The notes under the pieces are model-generated. The model had not been told where the DNA came from, ran no database searches, and saw nothing but the letters and a program-made list of their open reading frames with translations. Both the position numbers and the translations under genes were made by a program. A stretch of 64,000 nucleotides of DNA from Gemmatimonadota bacterium (GTDB lineage: Bacteria > Gemmatimonadota > Gemmatimonadetes > Longimicrobiales > Gaopeijiaceae), in contig JBDHHQ010000004.1 in the NCBI GenBank assembly GCA_039589315.1, forward strand, positions 1 to 64,000. Reading direction: 5' to 3'. Every line of letters starts with the position of its first letter. The first letter of the stretch is position 1. Shown piece after piece: positions 19,076 through 27,767 of the stretch.

Positions 19076-21249
19076 AGGGCTCCCGAGCGCGGATGAACCC
19101 CTGTGCCCGCGTCGGGCCGATCCGGGACAGACGTGCGCGATCGAACGCTCGTGTCAGCAGCGGTGCGTTCCAGCGCATTGGGCCCAGGCTGGTGCCTGCC
19201 CGTGGCGCGGCGCGCGTGCCGCGGACTACCCGCGCAGTCCTGACAGCCTTCACCCTCGTCGGCGCCGTCCTGATCACAGCGTGCGCCGACCCCGAGCCCA
19301 TAGACACGACGGTGATCGTCCTCGGCTTCGACGGAATGGATTACGAGCTGACCCGCCGTCTCATGGCGGAAGGCCGGCTCCCGAATCTCGCGAGAATGGC
19401 CGAATCCGGGAGCTTCTCCCCGCTGGAGACCTCGATTCCGCCGCAGAGCCCGGTCGCGTGGTCGGACTTCATCACCGGATTGGACGCCGGAGGCCACGGC
19501 ATCTTCGACTTCCTTCACCGGGATCCAGCCACGATGGTGCCGTACCTGTCCACGACGATCACAGAGCCTCCCGGACGTACCCTCGAGATCGGCCGCTGGC
19601 AGATACCGCTAGGGGGCGGCGATGTCACGCTGATGCGGCAGGGCACTCCGTTCTGGGAGCTCCTCGAAGAGCGAGGCATCCCGACGACCATCGTTCGGAT
19701 GCCGGCCAACTTCCCACCTTCCGGCACGGCGGACCGGGAGCTCAGCGGGATGGGCACACCCGACATCCTGGGCGGCTACGGCACGTACACCTTGTTCACC
19801 ACTTCGCCCGAGCGATTCGCCAGCGCGACGGGTGGCGACGTGGTGCGGGCAGATGTCCGGCGCGGTGTCTTCCGTGGCAGCCTGAGGGGGCCTCCGAACC
19901 CGCTCTTGATCGAGCCCGAGGATCTCCGCTCCGAGTTCACCGCCTACCTGGACCCGGTCCGCCCCGTCGTGAAGCTCGTGATCGGCGACGAAGAGATCGT
20001 CCTGCAGGAGGGGGAGTGGAGCGATTGGGTTTCGGTCGAGTATCCCCTTCCCCTCTTCCAGAAGCTCGTGGGCACCGGCCGATTCTACCTCAAGCAGGTC
20101 CGGCCCGAGCTCCAGCTCTACGCCACCCCCGTCAACATCGACCCCGCCGATCCGGCGATGCCCATCTCGACGCCTCCGGACTTCGCGTCCGAGCTGGCGG
20201 CGGCGGGCGGGCGGTACTACACGCAAGGCTTTCCGGAGGACACCAACGCCCGAGCCGACGGCGTGTTCGACGAGGTGGACTTCCTGGCCCAGGCCCGGCT
20301 GGCGGCCGGCGAGATCGAGCAGCAGTACCGCTACCTGCTGGGAGGCTTCGACGGCGGATTGCTGTTCAACTATTTCGGATTCATCGACCAGGTGTCGCAC
20401 ATGATGTGGCGCGCCACCGATCCCGAGCACCCCGCCTACGACGCGGAGCGCGACGGACCCCACGCGGGGGTGATCGACGAGCTGTATGTGAAGGCGGACG
20501 AGATCGTCGGCGAGACGCTGGACCGCCTGGAAGTGACCGGAGGCACCCTGATCGTCATGTCCGACCACGGCTTCACGTCGTGGCGCCGCGGATTCAGCCT
20601 GAACGCCTGGCTCGAGCAGCACGGCTACCTCGCCGTTCGTGACCCGGGGCGTCGCGACATCGACTTCCTGCTGAACGTGGACTGGTCGCGAACGCAGGCG
20701 TACGGCTTGGGGCTCAGCGGGCTGTACCTCAACGTGGAGGGCCGGGAGGCCAACGGCATCGTGTCGGCCACGGAGGCCGGCATCGTGCTCGACGAGATCA
20801 CCCGAGGACTGCTGAGAGAGGTCGATCCCGCAACGGGAGAGCCGGCGGTCACGCGTGTGTACGGCCGAGACGCGACATACGAGGACGCCGGTCAGCTCGC
20901 GATCGGCCCGGACCTGGTCATCGGCTTCGCGAAGGGCGTGCGTAGCTCCGACGCGTCGGCGGCCGGCGAGGTCCCGGCCGAGGTGTTCGCCGACAATACG
21001 GGCGCCTGGAGCGGCGACCACATCATGGATCACGAGACCGTCCCCGGCGTGCTTCTGTCGAGCAGGCCGCTACGGACGGCAGCGCCGTCGCTGAGGGGGT
21101 TGGCGGCGGCAGTGCTGGCCGAGTTCGAGGTCGAGGGATTCCCCGGCTCCGCCCCGCCAGCCGACGTCGCAGCCAGGGGACCGGGGTCGAATCATCAACC
21201 GCTGGATCGGGGTCCACCGCGGGCAGTGGTATCGGGACCCAATCGCTAG
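19072..21249 (+). CDS. Alkaline phosphatase family / phosphodiesterase-like protein 2 (putative lipoprotein)
   Basis: GTG overlaps the upstream TGA (GTGA). VLITAC lipobox-like, VIVLGFDGMD, PPQSPVAWSDFITG, HGIFDF, DQVSHMMWR, MSDHGF, DWSRTQAYGLG, WSGDH. Clear paralog of the preceding gene. Confidence 0.87.
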   Translation: MKGSRARMNPCARVGPIRDRRARSNARVSSGAFQRIGPRLVPARGAARVPRTTRAVLTAFTLVGAVLITACADPEPIDTTVIVLGFDGMDYELTRRLMAEGRLPNLARMAESGSFSPLETSIPPQSPVAWSDFITGLDAGGHGIFDFLHRDPATMVPYLSTTITEPPGRTLEIGRWQIPLGGGDVTLMRQGTPFWELLEERGIPTTIVRMPANFPPSGTADRELSGMGTPDILGGYGTYTLFTTSPERFASATGGDVVRADVRRGVFRGSLRGPPNPLLIEPEDLRSEFTAYLDPVRPVVKLVIGDEEIVLQEGEWSDWVSVEYPLPLFQKLVGTGRFYLKQVRPELQLYATPVNIDPADPAMPISTPPDFASELAAAGGRYYTQGFPEDTNARADGVFDEVDFLAQARLAAGEIEQQYRYLLGGFDGGLLFNYFGFIDQVSHMMWRATDPEHPAYDAERDGPHAGVIDELYVKADEIVGETLDRLEVTGGTLIVMSDHGFTSWRRGFSLNAWLEQHGYLAVRDPGRRDIDFLLNVDWSRTQAYGLGLSGLYLNVEGREANGIVSATEAGIVLDEITRGLLREVDPATGEPAVTRVYGRDATYEDAGQLAIGPDLVIGFAKGVRSSDASAAGEVPAEVFADNTGAWSGDHIMDHETVPGVLLSSRPLRTAAPSLRGLAAAVLAEFEVEGFPGSAPPADVAARGPGSNHQPLDRGPPRAVVSGPNR

Positions 21250-21271
21250 CGGTACGAAAGGAGGAGCTGCC

Positions 21272-21463
21272 GTGTTCGGTTCGAAGGTGAAGCTGGACAA
21301 GAGCCTGTTGAAGCGCGTCGAGAAGTTCTCCCGCATCGCGGGATACTCGTCGCCGGCGGAGTTCATCACCCACGCCGTCGAACGGGAGCTGGCACTCCTC
21401 GAGGACGCCGAGTCCGAGGAGGAGATCCGCAAGCGGCTGCAAGGCCTCGGATACATCTCTTGA
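21272..21463 (+). CDS. Small ribbon-helix-helix (CopG/MetJ-like) protein with C-terminal EEEIRKRLQGLGYIS motif
   Basis: RBS aaggaggag 6 nt before GTG. Beta-alpha-alpha pattern KVKLDKSLLKRVEKFSRIAGYSSPAEFITHAVEREL. Stop overlaps the next start (TTGA). Confidence 0.8.
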   Translation: MFGSKVKLDKSLLKRVEKFSRIAGYSSPAEFITHAVERELALLEDAESEEEIRKRLQGLGYIS

Positions 21464-22299
21464 TCTGGACCCTCAACCGGGCCCTGGGCGGCTTCTTCAA
21501 CCTGCTGCTCTACCCGTTCCGGGGCTTTCCGGCCATCGTGGGCCTGACCGTGATCTCGCTGGTGGTCAGCGTGGCGATGCTGATCGGTTTCAAAGCCACG
21601 TCCGACCAGGAGGCGCTCGCCGAGGTCAAACGGCACATCCACGCGGGTGTGTTCGAGATCCGTCTGTTCAAGGACGACTTCCGCGCGATCCTCTCGGCCC
21701 AGATCGGAATCCTCCGCCACACCTTCACGTATTTCCGGCTCTCCATGGTTCCGATGTTGTGGATGCTGGTGCCGATCGTGATCGTGGTCATCCAACTCCA
21801 GTTCCAGTACGGGTATGAGGGGCTCGAGTCCGGCGAGAGCGCGCTCGTGACCGCGACGTTCACGGAAGAAGGCGCGGGCGCCGTGGGCGATGCCGGAGCC
21901 GATATCTCCCTGGAAGCCCCCGCAGGCGTGCGGGTCGAGACCCCGCTGCTGTGGATCCCCTCGCTGCGGGAAGCGGGCTGGAGGATCGTCGCCGACGAGC
22001 CCGGCGAGTACGAGCTGGTGCTGCGGGTTGGCGAGACCAATCTCACCAAGAGCGTGCGCGTGGCCGACGGCGTGCTGATCAGGTCTCCTGTTCGCCCGTC
22101 GAGGGGCCTTGTCGATCAGCTCGTGTGGCCGGCGGAAGCACCGGTGCCGAGCACATCACCGGTCAGACGGATCGAGCTCTCCTATGCCGATGCCGAGGTC
22201 AGTCTGTTCGGATGGGGCATGCACTGGCTCATCGCCTTCTTCATCCTGACCATGGTCTTCGCCTTCGCGCTGCAGCGGCCGATGAACGTCAAGCTGTAG
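21460..22299 (+). CDS. 3-TM membrane protein resembling DUF106/EMC3/TMCO1 (Oxa1 superfamily) with an extracytoplasmic beta-rich insert
   Basis: Amphipathic N-helix, TM1 (IVGLTVISLVVSVAMLIGF), SDQEALAEVKRHI helical hairpin, TM2 (SMVPMLWMLVPIVIVV), ~130 aa soluble domain, TM3 (WLIAFFILTMVFAFALQRPMNV). The ORF is solid; the family call is by pattern only. Confidence 0.7.
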   Translation: MIWTLNRALGGFFNLLLYPFRGFPAIVGLTVISLVVSVAMLIGFKATSDQEALAEVKRHIHAGVFEIRLFKDDFRAILSAQIGILRHTFTYFRLSMVPMLWMLVPIVIVVIQLQFQYGYEGLESGESALVTATFTEEGAGAVGDAGADISLEAPAGVRVETPLLWIPSLREAGWRIVADEPGEYELVLRVGETNLTKSVRVADGVLIRSPVRPSRGLVDQLVWPAEAPVPSTSPVRRIELSYADAEVSLFGWGMHWLIAFFILTMVFAFALQRPMNVKL

Positions 22300-22314
22300 C
22301 AGCGCTCGCCGCAC

Positions 22315-24885
22315 TCAGTGGATGTAGCCCAACGACCTGAGGGTCTGGAGCTGTTCCGGCGTCAGGGGCAGGCCCTCTCCGGAGCGGGTGAATCTCTGAG
22401 CCAACGCCTGGTGCGCCTCCCACTGCGCCTCGAGGAACGCGGTGTACTGCTCCATCAGGTCGGGCCGTTCCTCGTGCAGGCTGTGTGAGAGATTCGGGTC
22501 GGTCCACAGATCGAAGAGAAGCAATCGAGCAGCTCGGCCGCCTTCTTCTTGTGGGAATGGGTCCCGGTTTACCAGGAGCGACGCACCCCAGCGGCCGTCG
22601 ACCACACCGATGCGCCCGAAGAGCGTGTCCGATTTGAACGAGGCGTAGAACTCGTCGAAGATGACGGGACGCGGCTCCCAACCCCCTTGCCCGAGCAGCA
22701 GTGGCGCCAGGGACTGGCCTTGCGTGATCTCGGGAATGGGCAATCCAGCCAGGTCGACGATGGTCGGGACCACGTCGATCATCGACACCGGCTGGCTGAA
22801 TCGCTGTCCGGCAGCAATGCGGGCAGGCCAGACCACAATCAGCGGGATGCGGGATTCCCACGGGCTGAAGATCGCCTGATCCTCCCAGAAGGGGGCCGAC
22901 ATCGAGGCGAGGCTGGGAAGGCCAGCATTGTCGTGGCTGTGATCCGCCGCGACGATGAAGATCGTGTTCTCCCACTCGCCAGCCGCTTTGATCCGGTCGA
23001 CCAGCCGACCGATCTGGTAGTCGTTGTGGGCCATCCCCTCGTCGTAGAGTCCCTGGGCCACGCTGATGTACTCCAGTGCGTCGATATCCGCCCCCGCGAG
23101 GGCGGCCAACCAGGGCTCGTCCCAGGACCCCACTTCTTCCATCCGTGCTTGCCAAGCGGAGAGGCGCTGTGGTGCATCGACGTTGCCGAAGAGACCGGCG
23201 AAGGGCGCCGCCGGGTGCCAAGGCTGGTGCACGTCCACGCTCTGGAAATGAGCCCAGTACGGCTGTGCGGGGTACGCCTCCCGCCATTGCCAGAAGGCTT
23301 CGTGCAGCCACACCGATGATGCGGAGTGGCTGCTGCGCGGCCAGCAGGTGAATCCGTCCCAGGTATCGCGCAGGACGTCCACACCTCGATCGAGGGTGCT
23401 CATGGTGCCGGCGTACGGATTCGCTGTGAAGACGGCGGTCTGGTACCCGCCCCGGTGCATGTGCTCCGCCATGGTCACGGCCTGCTCCGGAAGCGGATCG
23501 GTACCGGTGAGGTATCCACCGAGCACACTGTGATGCAGCGAGGTCATGAACGAGGGCGTGGATGTCCTGGTCCAGGTGGAGTTGCTGTAGGCCTGTTCGA
23601 ACACCGCTCCCTCGGACGCGAGGCGCACGAGGTTGGGTGTCGTGTGGCGGTTGTAGCCATAGACGCTCATGAACTGCGCCGCGGCCCCATCGATGACGTA
23701 GAACACGACATTGGGCCGGTCCGCCCGGCTCGAGCCGCTCACGACTGGAGCCCCCCAGAGTGCAACGGTGCCGGGTGTCTCGGCGTCCGCCTGCAGCGCC
23801 AGCGTGACTTCCTGACCCGCGTATGTCGCCAGATCGACGGAGCGTTGAATCCACGCAGCCCGGTCGGCCACGGTCTCCTCCAGCAGGCCGTGTTCTTCTC
23901 CACGTGCTGCGGCCACCGTGACCTTGAAGTCGACCGGCGCGTCGTTACGAACCACAGCGAGACCGACGTCGAGGCGCCCACCGGGTGGCACGTGCACCGT
24001 ATAGGCGACCCGCCCGGGCGCGTGCGTGAACATCGTGCGCCGGCTCTCGTTGCTTCCGTCGGCCACAGTCATCACACCGAGTGGATCGCTCACGAAGGCT
24101 GCCGACGTGGAGACGGCCGTCACCGAGAGAATGTCGACATTGCCCGGTTCGTAGGTCTGGAACATCACCCCGACTCTACAGCACACGTCGCTCGCCATTC
24201 TGGTGGAGCCACTCCTGGCCCAGAGCTGTTCGAGGGGAAAAGGCAGCAGATAGCCCTGCACCGAACCATCCGCGATGATCGGCGTCGGTTCGCTGATCTC
24301 TTGAAACAACCCGGTGACGCCGTGGCGGGACTGGCTGTCATCGAGGCTGGCAGAGGAGACCGACACGACTCCCGCGCTCTCGGTGCGGGCCCGAACCATC
24401 AGGTGGGCCGGCCGCAGACGCAGCAGGCTGGGAGCGTCGATGTAGATGCCCGCACCGAACAGGCTCTCGTTCTCGATCGTGGGCACGCCGACCTCGGTCA
24501 CGCGGATGCGTAGCGCATCGTCTGCCCGTGTCGCTTCCCGCAGGTTGGGCGGCGCGATGAGGGAAAACGCCTTCCAATCGGGCTGAGGCTCGTCGAAGCG
24601 CCAGACGATGGTTTCGGGGCCGGCGACAGGCGGCTCGGATCCTTCGATCCTCGCGACGTCCAGATGCTCCTCGAGGTGGAGAGGCTTTTCGGCCGTCAGC
24701 ACGGCGGAGTCGGAGGGTGAGCCACGGCAACCCGCCAGGGCCAAGCTCGACACGAGGGCTGAAAGGCAAAGACCGGGTGCACGACCACGACTCGTGGCAC
24801 CTCCTCCGATTGGCGCGGCGCGGGTGGGCCGGGCCGGTCCTCGGGCATGTTGCCCCGACCATTCTTGGGAGCGCGGGCCGCTCAC
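22315..24885 (-). CDS. Sulfatase-like hydrolase/transferase lipoprotein (Thr-type), paralog C
   Basis: LALAGC lipobox. RPNVVFYVIDG, SNSTWTRTSTPSFMTS, VDVHQ, ADHS, LFDLWTDP. Ends EQLQTLRSLGYIH. GTG start overlaps the upstream stop. Confidence 0.88.
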   Translation of the reverse strand: MSGPRSQEWSGQHARGPARPTRAAPIGGGATSRGRAPGLCLSALVSSLALAGCRGSPSDSAVLTAEKPLHLEEHLDVARIEGSEPPVAGPETIVWRFDEPQPDWKAFSLIAPPNLREATRADDALRIRVTEVGVPTIENESLFGAGIYIDAPSLLRLRPAHLMVRARTESAGVVSVSSASLDDSQSRHGVTGLFQEISEPTPIIADGSVQGYLLPFPLEQLWARSGSTRMASDVCCRVGVMFQTYEPGNVDILSVTAVSTSAAFVSDPLGVMTVADGSNESRRTMFTHAPGRVAYTVHVPPGGRLDVGLAVVRNDAPVDFKVTVAAARGEEHGLLEETVADRAAWIQRSVDLATYAGQEVTLALQADAETPGTVALWGAPVVSGSSRADRPNVVFYVIDGAAAQFMSVYGYNRHTTPNLVRLASEGAVFEQAYSNSTWTRTSTPSFMTSLHHSVLGGYLTGTDPLPEQAVTMAEHMHRGGYQTAVFTANPYAGTMSTLDRGVDVLRDTWDGFTCWPRSSHSASSVWLHEAFWQWREAYPAQPYWAHFQSVDVHQPWHPAAPFAGLFGNVDAPQRLSAWQARMEEVGSWDEPWLAALAGADIDALEYISVAQGLYDEGMAHNDYQIGRLVDRIKAAGEWENTIFIVAADHSHDNAGLPSLASMSAPFWEDQAIFSPWESRIPLIVVWPARIAAGQRFSQPVSMIDVVPTIVDLAGLPIPEITQGQSLAPLLLGQGGWEPRPVIFDEFYASFKSDTLFGRIGVVDGRWGASLLVNRDPFPQEEGGRAARLLLFDLWTDPNLSHSLHEERPDLMEQYTAFLEAQWEAHQALAQRFTRSGEGLPLTPEQLQTLRSLGYIH

Positions 24886-27314
24886 CGGATGTACCCCAGC
24901 GACCGGAGGGTCCGCAACTGCTCCTCGGTCAATGCCGGGTTGTCGCCCGTCTGCGTGAACCGCTCGGCCAATCGAAGGTGTTGGGCCAACCGAGCCTCCA
25001 GGAATGCCGTGTACTCCTTGACAAGAGCCGGCCGCTCCTCATGCAGGCTTCGCAGCGCGTGCGGATCGCTCCACACGTCGTAGAGCAGCAGGGGCGGGGT
25101 CACGTCCGGCACACCATCGCGGAAGCGTGAACCCTCTGGTGGATAGTTACGATGCCCTCGAAGGTGGATCCAACCGTCAGGGCGCGGCGGTCCGACGTAG
25201 AGAGAGGCACCCCATCGCCCGTCGATCACCTCGATCTGGCCCAGCAGCTCGTCGTCTTCGAAGCGGAACTCGTCGAAGACCACGGGGCTCGGCTCCCACC
25301 CGTCCCGTCCCAGCAGGAGCGGTGCGAGAGATCGTCCCTGGGCGTATTCGGGGACCGGGAGGCCCAGGAGATCCAGAACCGTGGGGAGCACGTCGATCAT
25401 CGAGACGGGATCCATGAAACGCAGGCCCCCCGCGATCCGGCCGGGCCACACGAACATCAGGGGCACCCGGCTCTGGAAGGAGCTGAGCATCGCGCCTTCC
25501 CAGATGTCGGGGAGGGGGTCGGTCAGGCCCAGTCCGAAGTGCGTCGTACCGGCTTGGTGCCCATGATCCGACGCGATGATCAGAAGGGTATTCTCCCACT
25601 CGCCCTCTGCCTTCAGGCGACCCACGAACTGGCCGATGCGAGCGTCCTGCTGCGCCATGGTCTGGTCGTACGCCGCTCTCGCCAGGTCGAAGTAGGCGTA
25701 GCGATCCACACCCGCCGCCTCGAAGGCATCGGAATAGGGCGTTCCGACCCATCCCTGGCGGTCGAGGGCCGCGTCCCACGTCTCGAGTCTCTCCAGGTAT
25801 TCCGGGCTCACGTAGAGGCCCTCGAACGATGGGCCCATGTAGTCCGGGCCATGCACGTCCGTGGTCTGGAAGTGGACCCAATACGGCTCCCCCGGATAGG
25901 CCTCGCGCCAGCGCCAGAACTGCGCTTGGAGCTCGGCGGACGAGTTCGGGTCATAGGCCTCGCGCAGCACGTCCGAGCCTCGTCCGAGTCCAAGCGCCGT
26001 GCCAGCATTGGCATTGGTGGTGAACAGACCGGTTTGATAGCCGACGGCGTGCAGGTGCTCGGCCGCCGTCAGGGCTTCGTCGGGCAGGATCCTCGGACGT
26101 CTAACTCCGCCGATGGCGCTCGTGTGCAGCGACGTGAGAAAGGAAGGGGTGGAGCTGCCGGTCCATGACGAGTTGCTGTAGGCGTACTCGAAGACGGCGC
26201 CCTCCTCTGCCAATCGCTCCAGATTCGGGGTGGTCCGGCGGTTGTACCGGTACAGGCTCATGTGCTCGGGAGATGCGCCGTCGATCACGTAGAAGACCAC
26301 GTTGGGCCGACCCGAGTCGACCCGACCACTTACGGTCGGAGCCGCCCATAGACCCACTGTTCCGGGCGCTGCATCTACCGCCAGTGTCAGGGCGACCGTC
26401 TGCCCCGCCATGTGCGAGAGATCCACGCCGAGCTGGGCCCATTCGGTCGTCGCATCGTGCGTCTCGGTGGCGAGGCGCTGGACCCCACCCGCCTCGTCGG
26501 TTGCCGTGACCTCGAAGGTCACTGGCGTGTCTTCTCGGAGCACCCCCAACCCGACATCGAGGCGCCCCCCGTCGGGAACCTTCACACGGTATTCGAGGCT
26601 CGCTGGGGCGTGGACGAAGATGGAGCGTCGATGCTCGATGCCGCGCGCCACGGACCGCACTCCTGCGGGCTCGGTGGCGAACTCCGCGTCGATCGGTATC
26701 GCCCGGACGGACAGGACGTCTACGGTGGCAGTGCTATCCGCTCTGAGATGAACACCCAGCTCGGTCCACGGACTGCTCGGGACTCCGCGGATCTGCGCGA
26801 CTCGAAGCAGATAGGTGTGTGTGTCTCCGTCGGCTTGGAGGGGCACCGGGACGCTCCAGCCCTGCAACGGTCGTTCGTCTGTCGTGGTCAGGTTCATGCC
26901 GAGGGTTACTCGCATCCTCCGGCCGGTTGCCCGTAGCCGAAGCGCGATCGTCCCCCAGTCCGCCCGGTTCCATTCCGGAAGCCGCACGTTCAGGTCGACC
27001 GACCCGAATTCTTCTTCCCGAGCCTCGCGGTCGAAGGTGACTCGCAGGCCCTCCTCGGTCGCGGAAACTGAAGGGGACCCCGACGACGAGACGAGCCTCC
27101 AATCGGATTGGAGCCCCTCCGCCGCCCACTCCACGGGCTCGGTGACGCCGGCGGACAGATCGGAGCCTGTGAGTGTTGCGGCGCCGAGATGATCCTCGAG
27201 ATGCAGAGGCCCGTCGGCCGTGAGCATCTGGGATCCCGACTGCGAGTCGCAGCCCACGACGATTGCACTGAGCAGGCTGGCTGTGACGATTCCGGAACGG
27301 TGGCGGACGAACAT
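24882..27314 (-). CDS. Sulfatase-like hydrolase/transferase lipoprotein (Thr-type), paralog D
   Basis: AIVVGC lipobox. RPNVVFYVIDG, SNSSWTGSSTPSFLTS, TDVHG, SDHG, LYDVWSDP. Ends EEQLRTLRSLGYIR. Confidence 0.88.
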   Translation of the reverse strand: MFVRHRSGIVTASLLSAIVVGCDSQSGSQMLTADGPLHLEDHLGAATLTGSDLSAGVTEPVEWAAEGLQSDWRLVSSSGSPSVSATEEGLRVTFDREAREEEFGSVDLNVRLPEWNRADWGTIALRLRATGRRMRVTLGMNLTTTDERPLQGWSVPVPLQADGDTHTYLLRVAQIRGVPSSPWTELGVHLRADSTATVDVLSVRAIPIDAEFATEPAGVRSVARGIEHRRSIFVHAPASLEYRVKVPDGGRLDVGLGVLREDTPVTFEVTATDEAGGVQRLATETHDATTEWAQLGVDLSHMAGQTVALTLAVDAAPGTVGLWAAPTVSGRVDSGRPNVVFYVIDGASPEHMSLYRYNRRTTPNLERLAEEGAVFEYAYSNSSWTGSSTPSFLTSLHTSAIGGVRRPRILPDEALTAAEHLHAVGYQTGLFTTNANAGTALGLGRGSDVLREAYDPNSSAELQAQFWRWREAYPGEPYWVHFQTTDVHGPDYMGPSFEGLYVSPEYLERLETWDAALDRQGWVGTPYSDAFEAAGVDRYAYFDLARAAYDQTMAQQDARIGQFVGRLKAEGEWENTLLIIASDHGHQAGTTHFGLGLTDPLPDIWEGAMLSSFQSRVPLMFVWPGRIAGGLRFMDPVSMIDVLPTVLDLLGLPVPEYAQGRSLAPLLLGRDGWEPSPVVFDEFRFEDDELLGQIEVIDGRWGASLYVGPPRPDGWIHLRGHRNYPPEGSRFRDGVPDVTPPLLLYDVWSDPHALRSLHEERPALVKEYTAFLEARLAQHLRLAERFTQTGDNPALTEEQLRTLRSLGYIR

Positions 27315-27585
27315 GGCCGGACCCCGGCTTGTCCCGCTCCTTGAGGCTCGATTCCAGCATTGCCCAATGCCCCGGAGCAGATCTCCCTCGTGGGAGAGCA
27401 GCGAGTCCGGAGTGGGACAGTTTTGAATCGAGACTACGCCTCGATGATAGGGGCCTCGCTTTGCGAGCGCCACGATCATGGCGAGCCTCGACCGATTCCG
27501 CTCTCCGCCGCGAGCTCGCGGCTCACTGTGGGTCGCCAGTGGTCAGGTGGGCGGTCGGAGGGGTCGGTCGCGGAGCGGGCTACGC

Positions 27586-27652
27586 CGGTCGCACGGGCCG
27601 GTCGCGGGGCAGGCTGCGGCGGTCGCACGCGCCGGTCGTGAGGCAGATGCGG
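27586..27652. repeat. Imperfect ~33-bp direct tandem repeat (2 copies), intergenic
   Basis: cggtcgcacgggccggtcgcggggcaggctgcgg / cggtcgcacgcgccggtcgtgaggcagatgcgg. Confidence 0.5.
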
Positions 27653-27716
27653 CGGCGATGCAGCGGCACCGTGTGGACGCCGTCGCCTCCCTTGCATCGC
27701 TCTCTGTGACTAATTA

Positions 27717-27746
27717 CTCTTTATGCATATATGCATATCGTGCAAT
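27717..27746 (+). promoter_or_regulatory. Putative PadR operator/promoter (perfect 16-bp palindrome TATGCATATATGCATA at 27722-27737)
   Basis: AT-rich palindrome in very GC-rich DNA, 30 nt upstream of padR. A closely similar motif precedes the second padR. Confidence 0.7.
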
Positions 27747-27767
27747 TGGACAGAGTAGAGGTCCGAC

